Below are positions 50,022 to 60,999 of a stretch of DNA of 64,000 nt, in pieces. Under the pieces are notes generated by a model. It worked only from the letters and a program-made list of their open reading frames with translations, was not told the DNA's origin and did not search any database. Where the stretch lies: the NCBI GenBank assembly GCA_965205865.1, contig CBDBHR010000029.1:544001-608000 (forward strand), in the 5' to 3' direction. How positions within the stretch are numbered: position 1 is the first letter of the stretch; each line of letters opens with the position of its first letter. The translations under genes and the position numbers were made by a program. Source of the stretch: a bacterium. GTDB taxonomy: Bacteria > SAR324 > NAC60-12.

Positions 50022-50150
50022 ATCCCCGCTTTCGCGGGGACAAGATTCATGTTATGAAAACAGGGAACGCGGATCAATCCCCGGATCAAGTCCGAGGACA
50101 CCCTCGAGAAATCGGGGGTCCATGTCCCCTCCCCCGATGTCTCGAGGGCA
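50022..50150. repeat. REP-like hairpin cluster between the convergent eno and amtB genes
   Basis: TCCCCGCTTTCGCGGGGA; inverted pair CCCTCGAGAAATCGGGGG / CCCCCGATGTCTCGAGGG. Confidence 0.75.
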
Positions 50151-50170
50151 TGGTTTCTGAAACGGAAGCA

Positions 50171-51469
50171 TTAATTCAAATGATATGCATGTTCTCCATG
50201 GGTGTTGGTATCAAGTCCTTCACGCTCATCATCCTCTTCGACCCTCAATCCCATGGTCGCATCAAGAATTTTCACTAAAATGAAAGTCACGACCGATGCA
50301 TAGATCATGGTCGCCAAAACCCCTATAATCTGCGGTCCCATAACGGCAAGATTGCCTTCAAACAAACCGGCTGTTCCCCCAATGGCTTCTGCTGCAAAGA
50401 CCCCGGTCAACAAGGCGCCCAGCAACCCTCCGATCCCGTGTATTCCGAAGGCATCGAGAGAATCATCATAACTGAATTTTCCCTTCATCAATATGGCGCC
50501 ATAGCAAACCAGACCACCGATCAGCCCCATAAGCAAGGCGCCCATGGGAGAAACAAAGCCGGCAGCCGGCGTGATGGTCACCAATCCGGCAATCACGCCG
50601 GAAGCAGCGCCCAAAATACTTGGTTGTCGCCTGAACCACCACTCTGCAAAAACCCAGGAAACCATTGCGCCGGCGGCGGCAATGTGAGTGGTGACGAATG
50701 CGTTTGCAGCCGAAGCACCGGAACTCAACGCGCTTCCCGCGTTGAAACCATACCACCCAAACCACAACAAGGCGGCACCAAGAGCTGTGAATACCAAGTT
50801 GTTCGGATATATTGGCGTCTTGCCATAATCCATGCGCTTTCCGATAATAATTGCCAACACCAGTGCCGAAAAACCGGAAGACATGTGCACCACGGTTCCT
50901 CCTGCAAAATCAAGTGTTCCCATTTCTAACAACCAGCCTCCTGATCCCCATACCCAATGCGCAATGGGATCGTAGACCAACGTTCCCCACAGTAGAATGA
51001 ACACGCAATACGTGGAAAACTTCATGCGCTCTGCAATGGCACCGGAAATCAGAGCAGGCGTGATGATCGCAAACATGCCCTGGAACATCATGAAAACCAA
51101 GTGTGGAATCGATCCACTGGGTTCCGTTCCCACGCCACGGAGAAACAAGTGGTTGAGCCCGCCAACAAAACCTCCAACATCCTCGCCAAAAGCGAGGGTA
51201 TAACCCAAGACCACCCATTGGATGGACATCAATCCCATGGCGAAGAAACTGTGCATGAGAGACGAGAGCACGTTCTTGGAGCGGACCATTCCGCCGTAGA
51301 ACAATGCCAATCCCGGGGTCATGAGCATCACCAAGGCGCATGCCACCATCATCCAGGCTGTATCCCCGGTATCGAGCGTTCCTTCCTCAGCCCATGCAAG
51401 CATTGGAAAGAGCAACAAAAACTGAACGATTTGAATAGTACGAAACAGTGTTTTTTTCATGCGATCCAC
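50171..51469 (-). CDS. amtB: Ammonium transporter
   Basis: MTPGLALFYGG, DFAGGTVVH, WFGWYGFN, DDSLDAFGIHG. Confidence 0.97.
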   Translation of the reverse strand: MDRMKKTLFRTIQIVQFLLLFPMLAWAEEGTLDTGDTAWMMVACALVMLMTPGLALFYGGMVRSKNVLSSLMHSFFAMGLMSIQWVVLGYTLAFGEDVGGFVGGLNHLFLRGVGTEPSGSIPHLVFMMFQGMFAIITPALISGAIAERMKFSTYCVFILLWGTLVYDPIAHWVWGSGGWLLEMGTLDFAGGTVVHMSSGFSALVLAIIIGKRMDYGKTPIYPNNLVFTALGAALLWFGWYGFNAGSALSSGASAANAFVTTHIAAAGAMVSWVFAEWWFRRQPSILGAASGVIAGLVTITPAAGFVSPMGALLMGLIGGLVCYGAILMKGKFSYDDSLDAFGIHGIGGLLGALLTGVFAAEAIGGTAGLFEGNLAVMGPQIIGVLATMIYASVVTFILVKILDATMGLRVEEDDEREGLDTNTHGEHAYHLN

Positions 51470-51537
51470 CTCTCTTCTGATCTAATTTGATACTGACCCC
51501 CGATGTCTCGAGGGCATTTTTCAAACTCTTGTCCGCA

Positions 51538-51553
51538 AGCAGAAGTCATGCCA
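51538..51553 (-). promoter_or_regulatory. Sigma54 (-24/-12) promoter of amtB
   Basis: TGGCATGACTTCTGCT (GG-N10-GC) about 70 nt upstream of amtB. Confidence 0.7.
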
Positions 51554-51666
51554 CCCCCCGATGTCTCGAGAGTATACCTATGATGATCATTTCCCCTCCT
51601 CCGACAGATGTTGAATTTAAACTAACCGTTCCCTTTTTACCAAGTAGCGCCAATAAATACAAATTT

Positions 51667-53382
51667 TCAAAATTTTTCCTTCGAGTGAGACAAAATAAAC
51701 AGGGAGTAAGTGCCATAGTCCGTAACAAAGCGGACAAGCGGATGCTCTTTTTTGAGTTGGTTTTTATACTTACGCTCCGTAATCACGAACAAATCGCTGT
51801 CCTGCGGGTTATTCAAAATTTCAGGATTTCCAGGGAATTTGTAAGTATGCAGCATTTCGATAGGTTGTTTTCCATAATACAAAGCCGCAAATGAAACAAT
51901 GCGATAAAACAGAACTTTCCCCTGGAGAGCATTTGCGCTCCGTACAATGGTAATCAGCGGCTGCTGCACGTATCGTAGATAAACCGGCAGATGAAATCGC
52001 CAAATCCCTTGTGTGGTGAGAAACACAGTTGCTACAGTGATCCAGATTGCAACCCTGATTCTTTTTTTCCAAAAAAACACGCTACCTGAAATCATCCCTA
52101 AAAAAAACGCAATTCCCGTCCCATAGATTTGCCAGGGACTCTGAATCTCAAACCCAAGCCCTTGCTTATTGAAATGATTCTCCAGTAGTGCCGGAAAAAG
52201 CAACAGCATTGCTGAAAAAACCATTCCCATCAAGAAGTATAGAATTGTGACTCCTTTTGGAATCCCGGTGCGGGTTTGGAGGCATCGTTCCAAACAAAGG
52301 GCAATGACAAAGGTCAAAGGAATATAAATCGAAGCAGAATAGTGAGGCAATTTGGTGGTCACGATGGCAAACAAAATCAGGACAAAACCAATCCAGCCCC
52401 CACCCATGACGAGCAAAGGACGCACATGGGGCTGGTGAGGAGAGTAATGCTTCCATTTGAACAGGAATAAAAAGGGAGTCCAGGGAAATAAGCCGAGGAT
52501 CACAATCACAAAGTGGTAATAAAAGGGACCTTGATGCCCTTCCAAAGGCTTGGAAAAAAGGGCTTGTTGGAACTCTATGAATTCTGCAATAAAGTGGAAT
52601 CCATAGACCCACCAATTGATCAGGTACCAGGAAAGGGCCACAGTAAGGGAAAGCACTCCGCAATAGAAAAAATGAAGTAGAGAAATCCACGGATAACGAT
52701 GAAAACCTTTATAAACCGCATATCCCACCAGGGGAATGACGGCTCCTATCGGGCCTTTGGTCAAGACCGCCATTCCCATGCTGATACTGGCAATAGTGAG
52801 GTATCCCCAGTATTGGTGGCGTCCTTCTCGATGTTGCGAAGTAAGATTTTCCTTATATTTTACATCATAGGCATACAACGCATAGGCAGCCAACATGATA
52901 AAGAAATTGAAGGTGTGTTCTATGACCCCACTACGGGCAAACAAGGCAGGCAAAAAGCTTGTCAAATAGAGAATTCCCCACAACATGCCAAATTGATACG
53001 AACGAATTTTTCTGCCAAAAAAGAAACAAAACCAAATGCTCAATACTCCGGCAACTGCAGAAGGAAATCTGGCAGCAAATTCATTGATTCCGAAGAGATG
53101 ATAGCTGAACGATTGCAGCCAGAAAAAGAAGGGGGGTTTTTCCGCAAAAGGATAATTGTTGATGTAAATATTGAGATAATCTCCACGTAGCACCATCTGT
53201 CGACTGGCTTCCGCATAAATATTTTCATCCCAATCGATCAAGGGAGCCGTCCCCAATCCCCACATCAAAAAAAGGCCTGCAAAGGCCGACAAAAACCCGA
53301 ATCCCAACCATTCTGTTTTCTTGGAAAATCCCATAAGATTACGCATCCCTTTCGTTTCTGCTCCCTGCTTTCGCAGGGACAA
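51667..53382 (-). CDS. ArnT/PMT-like glycosyltransferase (GT-C)
   Basis: DWDENIY, EKPP, ARFPSA, LTKGP, KLPHY; many TMs. Confidence 0.88.
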   Translation of the reverse strand: MSLRKQGAETKGMRNLMGFSKKTEWLGFGFLSAFAGLFLMWGLGTAPLIDWDENIYAEASRQMVLRGDYLNIYINNYPFAEKPPFFFWLQSFSYHLFGINEFAARFPSAVAGVLSIWFCFFFGRKIRSYQFGMLWGILYLTSFLPALFARSGVIEHTFNFFIMLAAYALYAYDVKYKENLTSQHREGRHQYWGYLTIASISMGMAVLTKGPIGAVIPLVGYAVYKGFHRYPWISLLHFFYCGVLSLTVALSWYLINWWVYGFHFIAEFIEFQQALFSKPLEGHQGPFYYHFVIVILGLFPWTPFLFLFKWKHYSPHQPHVRPLLVMGGGWIGFVLILFAIVTTKLPHYSASIYIPLTFVIALCLERCLQTRTGIPKGVTILYFLMGMVFSAMLLLFPALLENHFNKQGLGFEIQSPWQIYGTGIAFFLGMISGSVFFWKKRIRVAIWITVATVFLTTQGIWRFHLPVYLRYVQQPLITIVRSANALQGKVLFYRIVSFAALYYGKQPIEMLHTYKFPGNPEILNNPQDSDLFVITERKYKNQLKKEHPLVRFVTDYGTYSLFILSHSKEKF

Positions 53383-53466
53383 AATTATCTATCTCATTCC
53401 CATGTTAAAGACAATGCACGGACATATTGGCTTTTCAAGATTCTTTGTCTTTCTTCGGGATTCCAC

Positions 53467-53495
53467 TTGACAAAGGTCAGTAAGCTTTGTAAGTT
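53467..53495 (+). promoter_or_regulatory. Putative sigma70 promoter of the TAXI operon
   Basis: TTGACA-N17-TAAGTT. Confidence 0.55.
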
Positions 53496-53604
53496 TGTAT
53501 CAGACAAGAGTATGCTCTTGTGGGGAGTAATTTATGCATTCAGGTGGAAACACCTCTGTAGCTTTTAAATTTAATATAAAATATTTTTTATTTCAGGAGG
53601 AATT

Positions 53605-54582
53605 ATGAAAAAAATACTATCACTGATTTTTACATCGATAATGACCATCACATTCAGTCTGTCTGTTCTTGTTGGACAGAGTACTGCAGCTCAATTTGTC
53701 ACGATCGGTACGGGAGGCGTGACAGGCGTGTATTATCCCACGGGAGGCTCTATTTGCCGTTTGGTCAACAAAGGACGCAAGCAACACGGCATTCGCTGTT
53801 CAGTGGAAAGCACGGGTGGGTCGGTTTACAATTTAAATACAATCCGTGCGGGTGAATTGGATATGGGTGTCGCTCAATCCGACTGGCAATTTCATGCCTA
53901 TCACGGGTCCAGCAAGTTCGCAGACCAAGGAGCCAACAAGGAATTGCGCGCCATCTTTTCAGTGCATCCCGAACCATTCACGGTGGTAGCCCGTGTGGAC
54001 TCGGGAATCAAATCATTTGCTGATTTGAAAGGTAAACGGGTCAATATTGGCAACCCCGGATCTGGTCAACGGGGTACTATGGAAGTAGTCATGGCAGCGT
54101 TTGGTTGGGAAAAATCCGATTTTGCGCTCGCTTCCGAATTAAAATCCGCCGAACAATCCCAAGCACTTTGTGATAACAAAATTGATGCCATCGTATTCAC
54201 AGTAGGCCATCCCTCCGGTTCCATAAAAGAAGCAACGACTTCTTGTGACAGTGTGCTGGTTTCGGTCACCGGAGCTGCAATTGATATGCTGGTTGCTGAC
54301 AACGACTATTATCGCACAGCCACAATTCCTGGTGGCATGTACCGTGGGAATCCCGATGATGTTGTCACTTTTGGTGTCGGTGCAACTTTTGTCAGTTCTA
54401 CCAACACTTCGGCTGAAGTAGTTTATGAAGTCGTGAAAGCGGTATTTGAAAACTTTGATGATTTCAAGAAGCTGCATCCTGCTTTCAGTGTGCTCAAGAA
54501 AGAAGAAATGATCAAAGACGGATTATCCGCTCCCATACATGAAGGGGCGATGAAGTACTACAAAGAAGCCGGACTGATGTAG
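53605..54582 (+). CDS. TAXI family TRAP transporter solute-binding subunit
   Basis: [34 protein letters not shown]. Confidence 0.95.
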   Translation: MKKILSLIFTSIMTITFSLSVLVGQSTAAQFVTIGTGGVTGVYYPTGGSICRLVNKGRKQHGIRCSVESTGGSVYNLNTIRAGELDMGVAQSDWQFHAYHGSSKFADQGANKELRAIFSVHPEPFTVVARVDSGIKSFADLKGKRVNIGNPGSGQRGTMEVVMAAFGWEKSDFALASELKSAEQSQALCDNKIDAIVFTVGHPSGSIKEATTSCDSVLVSVTGAAIDMLVADNDYYRTATIPGGMYRGNPDDVVTFGVGATFVSSTNTSAEVVYEVVKAVFENFDDFKKLHPAFSVLKKEEMIKDGLSAPIHEGAMKYYKEAGLM

Positions 54583-54589
54583 TCCCCAC

Positions 54590-54626
54590 GCAGTAAAAAG
54601 GAAGTGCTTTACTTTCTTTTTACTGC
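54590..54626 (+). terminator. Intergenic hairpin (terminator or mRNA stabiliser)
   Basis: GCAGTAAAAAGGAAGT-gcttt-ACTTTCTTTTTACTGC. Confidence 0.6.
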
Positions 54627-54720
54627 CGACCCACCTTGTCGACAGTGCTAAATCGGCGCAATTTCTTTCCTTCTGACATCAATCCTCTTCATTCTTGCCT
54701 CAACTACAGGAAAAACAACA

Positions 54721-57315
54721 ATGGCTGAAATCGGAAAAAAAGAGGGAAGCGCTTCTGAAGAAGAACTCGAGGTAATGGTTGCCGAATCAGATAGTGGCGC
54801 CCGAAGTGTTGCGGGGCTCCCGGGAATAGTTTTATTTTTTGTTCCTTTGCTATGGGCATTGTTCCAGCTGTGGTACGCGTCTCCCTTGCCATTTATGTTA
54901 CGAATTGGCGTGCTCAACGACACGGAAGCTCGTTCAATTCATCTCGCATTTGCAATATTCCTCACTTTTACGGCATTTCCCGCGTTTAAAAAATCTGCCA
55001 GAGATGTCATCCCCCTTCATGATTGGGCGATGGCTTTGGCAGGGGCTTTTTGCGCCGGATATATCTATCTTTTCTATGCTCAACTCTCAGATCGTTCCGG
55101 GGCTCCCGTCACCTTGGATCTGGTGATTGCGGGAGTGGGTATGGTTTTGCTATTGGAAGCTACCCGTCGGGCTCTCGGCCCCCCTTTGATGGTCGTGGCT
55201 CTGGTTTTTTTATGTTACACGTTTTTTGGTTCTTATATGCCGGAGGTGATTTCTCACAAAGGGGCTAGTTTCAGCAAGACCATGTCTCATCAGTGGTTGG
55301 GGACCGAAGGCGTATTTGGTGTCGCATTGGGGGTTTCCACGAGCTTCGTTTTTCTCTTCGTATTGTTTGGCGCGTTGCTGGACAAGGCGGGGGCAGGAAA
55401 TTATTTCATCAAAGTGGCATTTTCACTGTTAGGACACTACCGTGGAGGTCCCGCAAAAGCCGCCGTTGTTTCATCAGGACTGAGTGGATTGGTTTCCGGC
55501 TCTTCCATCGCCAACGTTGTGACCACCGGGACCTTTACAATTCCATTGATGAAGCGCGTGGGGTTCCCCGATTACAAGGCAGCGGCTGTCGAGGTGGCGG
55601 CGTCCACCAATGGTCAATTGACACCTCCCATTATGGGTGCCGCCGCATTTTTGATGGTGGAGTATGTTGGCGTCTCTTACATTGAAGTCATAACTCATGC
55701 GATTTTACCTGCCCTGATTTCCTACATTGCACTTGTTTATATTGTCCATTTGGAAGCGTGCAAGGCCAATATGCAAGGTCTACCCCGGCGTCATAAACCA
55801 ACACTGGCGCAAAGTCTACTCTCCTTTGTCGGTACCATTCTGGGATTGATGATCCTCAGCGGCATTGTGTATTTCGGGATTGGTTGGATGAAAGATGTTT
55901 TCGGCGATGGCGCCATTGCAATCGTTGGAATCCTCACTCTCATTATTTACATCTTGTTGATCTGGTATGGAACTGAATATCCTGAGTTGGAAATGGACGA
56001 TCCCAACTCCGACGTCGTCGAGTTGCCGGAGACGGGTCCTACTGTCAAAGCAGGTTTGCATTTCTTGTTGCCGATCGTGGTACTGGTTTGGTGTCTGGTG
56101 GTGGAGCGATTTTCTCCAGGACTGGCCGCCTTCTGGGCTGCTTTATTCATGATTTTCATCGTCATCACCCAGCGTCCTTTGAAATCTTTTTTTCGGAAGC
56201 AAGGTCATCTTTCTTCAGAATTCAAAGCCAGTGCTCGTGAGTTAATGGAAGGATTGGTCGCAGGTTCCCGGAACATGATTGGTATCGGTGTGGCGACTGC
56301 CACTGCCGGGATTGTAGTGGGAACTGTCACTTTGACTGGTATTGGTCTGGTGATGACAGAATTTGTGGAGTTCATCTCAGGCGGCAATGTTATGCTGATG
56401 TTGATTTTTACTGCAGTGATCAGCCTGATATTAGGTATGGGACTGCCCACCACTGCCAATTATATTGTTGTCTCAACCTTGATGGCTCCTGTGATTGTGA
56501 CCTTGGGAGCCGAAAGCGGTTTGATTGTTCCTTTGATTGCCGTACATTTGTTTGTCTTTTACTTTGGAATCCTTGCTGATGATACTCCACCCGTAGGGTT
56601 GGCGGCTTTTGCCGCCGCAGCCATTGCGCGAAGCAATCCAATAAAAACCGGTATCCAGGGATTTACATACGACATCCGCACTGCAATCTTACCCTTCATG
56701 TTCATTTTCAACACGCAGTTGCTTTTGATTGGCATCGAGAATATCTGGTCTCTGCTTTCTGTTATTTTCGGTGCGGTCGTCGCCATGTTGACCTTTTCTG
56801 CAGCCACCCAGGGATATTGGCTGGTGAAAAATAAAATTTGGGAATCCCTTGCCTTGTGCCTGATTGCATTTGTTCTCTTTCGCCCCGGGTTTTTCTGGGA
56901 CATGATCTTTCCCGAATATCAAAACATAGCTGCTTCCCAAATCGAATCTGTTGCAGAACAAACTCCTGAAAACGGGAAACTGCGTTTGGTCGTCGAAGGA
57001 GAAACCATTGATGGGAAACAGGTGAAAAAAACGGTTCAATTGCCCTTGGGGGCCAGTGGAACTGGTCCGGAGAGGCTGATGGAAGCCGGTCTTGAAATTA
57101 TGCTCACGGACAACAAAGTCCTGCTGGACAATGTGGTTTTTGATAGTGCAGCTCAAAAAGCAGGATTGGACTTTGACTGGGAAATTTTGAGTGTCCAAGT
57201 GCTTTCCGACCGTCTGCCCAAGCAACTGATGTTTTTCCCGGCCCTGGTTTTACTGGGACTGTTGGCATTGTTACAAAAACGCCGTGTCGATACTGGTTCA
57301 GCACAAATCGAATGA
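54721..57315 (+). CDS. TRAP transporter fused permease (4TM/12TM)
   Basis: GGPAKAAV, SGSSIANV, PPIMGAAAF, GMGLPTTANY, TPPVGLA. Confidence 0.95.
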   Translation: MAEIGKKEGSASEEELEVMVAESDSGARSVAGLPGIVLFFVPLLWALFQLWYASPLPFMLRIGVLNDTEARSIHLAFAIFLTFTAFPAFKKSARDVIPLHDWAMALAGAFCAGYIYLFYAQLSDRSGAPVTLDLVIAGVGMVLLLEATRRALGPPLMVVALVFLCYTFFGSYMPEVISHKGASFSKTMSHQWLGTEGVFGVALGVSTSFVFLFVLFGALLDKAGAGNYFIKVAFSLLGHYRGGPAKAAVVSSGLSGLVSGSSIANVVTTGTFTIPLMKRVGFPDYKAAAVEVAASTNGQLTPPIMGAAAFLMVEYVGVSYIEVITHAILPALISYIALVYIVHLEACKANMQGLPRRHKPTLAQSLLSFVGTILGLMILSGIVYFGIGWMKDVFGDGAIAIVGILTLIIYILLIWYGTEYPELEMDDPNSDVVELPETGPTVKAGLHFLLPIVVLVWCLVVERFSPGLAAFWAALFMIFIVITQRPLKSFFRKQGHLSSEFKASARELMEGLVAGSRNMIGIGVATATAGIVVGTVTLTGIGLVMTEFVEFISGGNVMLMLIFTAVISLILGMGLPTTANYIVVSTLMAPVIVTLGAESGLIVPLIAVHLFVFYFGILADDTPPVGLAAFAAAAIARSNPIKTGIQGFTYDIRTAILPFMFIFNTQLLLIGIENIWSLLSVIFGAVVAMLTFSAATQGYWLVKNKIWESLALCLIAFVLFRPGFFWDMIFPEYQNIAASQIESVAEQTPENGKLRLVVEGETIDGKQVKKTVQLPLGASGTGPERLMEAGLEIMLTDNKVLLDNVVFDSAAQKAGLDFDWEILSVQVLSDRLPKQLMFFPALVLLGLLALLQKRRVDTGSAQIE

Positions 57316-57353
57316 CCTGCATGAAATGGAGGTAGAGTGATTCAGAGAATCAG

Positions 57354-57700
57354 ATGAAACTTTCAATCAACCCTCAACTGCTCCAAGTTAGAGAATCGGC
57401 AACTTTAGCGATCAATCAAAAAGTGAAAGTATTGAGAAGCCAAAACAGGGAATCATCACCGGCTCTCAGTTGAGCAATAGGATATTGCAAGAGGCAAAAG
57501 TCGCCGTACTTCCTGCTTCTGATTTTTACCTGCCTGAGACTCATTTAGGCGTACGGGTCACTTCAGTGGACTATGATGGAACGCAAGTGTTGGAGGAATT
57601 TCCTGCCCGAGAGCAGATGGATTTAAAAAAAACAGCCTACCTTTTTCCTAATTTAGTGAAAGGGTGTGAGCGCTTGGAGGAATTTCTACAAAAACTATAA
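57354..57700 (+). pseudogene. Class I/II aminotransferase remnant (N- and C-termini joined out of frame)
   Basis: MKLSINPQLLQVRESATLAINQKVKVLR joined to ILQEAKVAVLPASDF..VR. Confidence 0.7.
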
Positions 57701-57734
57701 CATTCCGGAGGAGTCAAAAACTCACATCGGGACT

Positions 57735-59879
57735 ATGACTGCCGAAAAACTAAGACCCTCTTTGTCAGAGTGGCAAAAACTTGCGGCGAAGGAATTGAAA
57801 AACCAATCCTTTACCGACATTCACTGGAAAACAACAGAAGAGCTTGATATCAAGCCTTTGTATACAGTTGAAGATCTGGAAGAGTTGGAATATACCAATA
57901 CCCTCCCAGGAATCTTTCCTTTCATTCGAGGTCCCCAGGCCACCATGTACGCCGGACGTCCGTGGACGATTCGGCAGTACGCGGGCTTTTCCACAGCAGA
58001 GGAATCCAATTCGTTCTACCGCCGTTGTTTGGCTGCAGGTCAAAAAGGGTTGAGCGTAGCTTTTGATTTGAAAACCCACCGGGGCTATGATTCGGATCAC
58101 CCCAGAGTGCAGGGGGACGTGGGCAAAGCGGGAGTCGCTGTTGATAGCGTGGAGGATATGAAAATTCTGTTTGACCGGATCCCTCTGGATCAGATGTCCG
58201 TTTCCATGACCATGAATGGTGCAGTCCTCCCTGTTTTGGCCTGCTATATTGTTGCTGCCGAAGAACAAGGAGTATCCCAAGAACAACTCACCGGTACCAT
58301 CCAAAATGACATTTTAAAAGAATTCTTGGTTCGCAACACCTATATTTATCCTCCTCAGCCTTCCATGAGAATTATTGCGGATATTATTGCCTACACTTGC
58401 GAACACATGCCCAAGTACAACTCTATCAGCATCAGCGGATATCATATCCAGGAGGCGGGAGGCAATGCGGTGCAGGAACTGGCGTTTACTCTGGGAGACG
58501 GACTCGAATACGTGCGGCTTGCCTTGGAACAAGGGATGGCCATTGACCAATTCGCGCCACGACTTTCCTTTTTCTTCGGAATTGGCATGAATTTCTTCAT
58601 GGAGATCGCCAAATTGAGGGCAGCTCGCTTTCTATGGGCCAAACAGATTCTGGCTTTCAATCCGAAAGATCCGAAATCGATGAAATTACGAGCGCATTGT
58701 CAAACGTCCGGATGGAGTTTAACGGAACACGATCCTTTCAATAACATCGTCCGTACCACGATTGAAGCCATGGCAGCAACTCTGGGAGGCACTCAATCAT
58801 TGCACACCAATGCCTTTGACGAGGCTTTGGCTCTACCTTCTGAAACGTCTGCCCGCGTTGCCAGAAATACCCAGTTGATCCTGCAAGAGGAAGCTGGAAT
58901 TCCGCGGGTCATTGACCCTTTTGGAGGATCTTATTTTATCGAATCCCTGACCCATTCCTTAATCAAGGCATCAGAAAAGCTGATGGCGGAAATTGAGCTA
59001 TTTGGGGGAATGACCCGCGCTATCGAAGCGGGTCTGCCCAAATCGCGCATTGAAGAATCGGCGGCAAAACGACAAGCTTCAATCGACCAAGGACAAGAAA
59101 CGATCGTCGGTGTCAATAAATACCAACTGGAGGAACAGGATCCCGTCGACACGCTTGAAATCGACAACACAGCTGTTCGGGAATCTCAAATTTCCCGTTT
59201 AAAAACAATCAAAGCGACGCGAGACCCATCCCGGGTTGCGTCTTGTTTGCAGGCTATAAGCCAGGCAGCTGAATCAAACAAAGGCAACTTGCTGGCCTTA
59301 ACGATCGAGGCGGTACGATGCCGCGCCACGGTTGGTGAAATTTCACATGCGTTAGAAAAAATTTTTGGACGTTACAAGGCCTCGCTTCAAACCATTTCAG
59401 GTGTCTACGGTAACTCTTATAGTGGGCAAGAAATAGAAAAAATCCGAACCAGGGTTGAAGAGTTTTCCAAGATTGCAGGACGGCAGCCTCGCATTCTGGT
59501 GGCAAAAGTAGGACAGGATGGTCATGACCGAGGGGCAAAAGTAATCGCCACTGCGTTTTCCGATTTTGGTTTCGACGTGGATGTCGGCCCTTTGTTTCAA
59601 ACTCCTCGAGAAGTTGCGCGACAGGCCATTGAAAACGACGTCCATGTGGTGGGTATTTCCAGCCAGGCAGGTGGACATAAAACACTGGTCACTCAGTTGG
59701 TCCACGCTCTCAAAGCAGAGGAGGCCGATCAAGACATCGTGATTGTCGTCGGTGGTGTCATCCCCCCCAAAGATTATGATTTTCTGCATCAACTGGGTGT
59801 CTCCTGTGTTTTTGGTCCCGGCACTCCCATTCCTCATGCGGCGATTCAGCTCCTCGAAGCGATTCAGCAACGTCAGTAA
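57735..59879 (+). CDS. scpA: Methylmalonyl-CoA mutase
   Basis: [20 protein letters not shown]12-binding motif. Confidence 0.97.
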   Translation: MTAEKLRPSLSEWQKLAAKELKNQSFTDIHWKTTEELDIKPLYTVEDLEELEYTNTLPGIFPFIRGPQATMYAGRPWTIRQYAGFSTAEESNSFYRRCLAAGQKGLSVAFDLKTHRGYDSDHPRVQGDVGKAGVAVDSVEDMKILFDRIPLDQMSVSMTMNGAVLPVLACYIVAAEEQGVSQEQLTGTIQNDILKEFLVRNTYIYPPQPSMRIIADIIAYTCEHMPKYNSISISGYHIQEAGGNAVQELAFTLGDGLEYVRLALEQGMAIDQFAPRLSFFFGIGMNFFMEIAKLRAARFLWAKQILAFNPKDPKSMKLRAHCQTSGWSLTEHDPFNNIVRTTIEAMAATLGGTQSLHTNAFDEALALPSETSARVARNTQLILQEEAGIPRVIDPFGGSYFIESLTHSLIKASEKLMAEIELFGGMTRAIEAGLPKSRIEESAAKRQASIDQGQETIVGVNKYQLEEQDPVDTLEIDNTAVRESQISRLKTIKATRDPSRVASCLQAISQAAESNKGNLLALTIEAVRCRATVGEISHALEKIFGRYKASLQTISGVYGNSYSGQEIEKIRTRVEEFSKIAGRQPRILVAKVGQDGHDRGAKVIATAFSDFGFDVDVGPLFQTPREVARQAIENDVHVVGISSQAGGHKTLVTQLVHALKAEEADQDIVIVVGGVIPPKDYDFLHQLGVSCVFGPGTPIPHAAIQLLEAIQQRQ

Positions 59880-60868
59880 TGAAATATTCTACAAACCGGT
59901 ACGTCGAAGAAATTCAGAAAGGCAAACGCCGATTCATTGCAAAAGCCATCACACTCCTGGAAAGCACCCTACCCCAACAGTTTGAGCAGGGTTGGCAAAT
60001 TTTAGAAAAACTGATGCCAAATACAGGCAATTCTATCCGGATTGGCATCACCGGCGTACCTGGAGTAGGCAAAAGTACTTTTATCGAAACACTGGGCTTG
60101 CGCCTGACAGAACAGGGACACCGCCTTGCCGTACTACCGATTGATCCAAGCAGTTCAATCAGTGGTGGTAGCATTATGGCAGACAAAACCCGCATGTCCC
60201 ATCTTTCTTCTCATCCCCAAGTCTATATCCGCCCCTCTCCTTCTCAAGGAATCCTGGGAGGAGTGGCACCTAAAACCAAAGAAAGTATCTTGATTTGCGA
60301 AGCTGCAGGTTATGACATCATTTTTGTAGAAACGGTCGGAGTGGGACAATCTGAAACTGCCGTAGCATCCATGGTGGATTTTTTTCTGGTACTGATGCTT
60401 TCCAATACGGGTGATGAATTGCAAGGAATCAAAAAAGGAATTTTGGAGATGGCAGATTTGATTGTTATCAATAAAGCGGATGGAGAAAACATCCATTCGG
60501 CACTACGTGCCGCAGCAGAATATCGGAAGGCACTGCAATTCTTGTCACCATCCCGGAGTTCCTGGACTCCGCAGGTGCTGACCTGCAGTGCTTTACAAGC
60601 AACAGGTTTGGATGAACTTTGGGCTGAAATTCTAAAGTTCCGGGAAAAAACAATCGCGTCCGGAGCATGGCAACAGAGGCGACAAACCCAGCTAAGCAGT
60701 TGGATGTGGCAATTCATTGAAGAAGAACTGCACTTCCGATTTCGTACGCATCCTCAAATTGCGGCAATGCTTCCTGCTATCGAACAATCCGTACATGAGG
60801 GCAAACAGCCCTCGATCAATGCGGCTCGAAAGCTGCTGGATACTTGGTGGAGTACTTTGCGCCGGTGA
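59879..60868 (+). CDS. meaB: MeaB/ArgK GTPase chaperone
   Basis: GVPGVGKST, DPSS, ETVGVGQSE, NKAD. Confidence 0.96.
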   Translation: MKYSTNRYVEEIQKGKRRFIAKAITLLESTLPQQFEQGWQILEKLMPNTGNSIRIGITGVPGVGKSTFIETLGLRLTEQGHRLAVLPIDPSSSISGGSIMADKTRMSHLSSHPQVYIRPSPSQGILGGVAPKTKESILICEAAGYDIIFVETVGVGQSETAVASMVDFFLVLMLSNTGDELQGIKKGILEMADLIVINKADGENIHSALRAAAEYRKALQFLSPSRSSWTPQVLTCSALQATGLDELWAEILKFREKTIASGAWQQRRQTQLSSWMWQFIEEELHFRFRTHPQIAAMLPAIEQSVHEGKQPSINAARKLLDTWWSTLRR

Positions 60869-60999
60869 ACTTCTAAGACAAGACAAAGTCGCCAAATTGA
60901 AATGAGAATAAGGCAATAGGTGTAAAAACATTAAAACTCTGCTATCTTGGATTTCATTCTATTCAAGATCTGTTTGTACCTTGTGCTCAAACGACCAAC

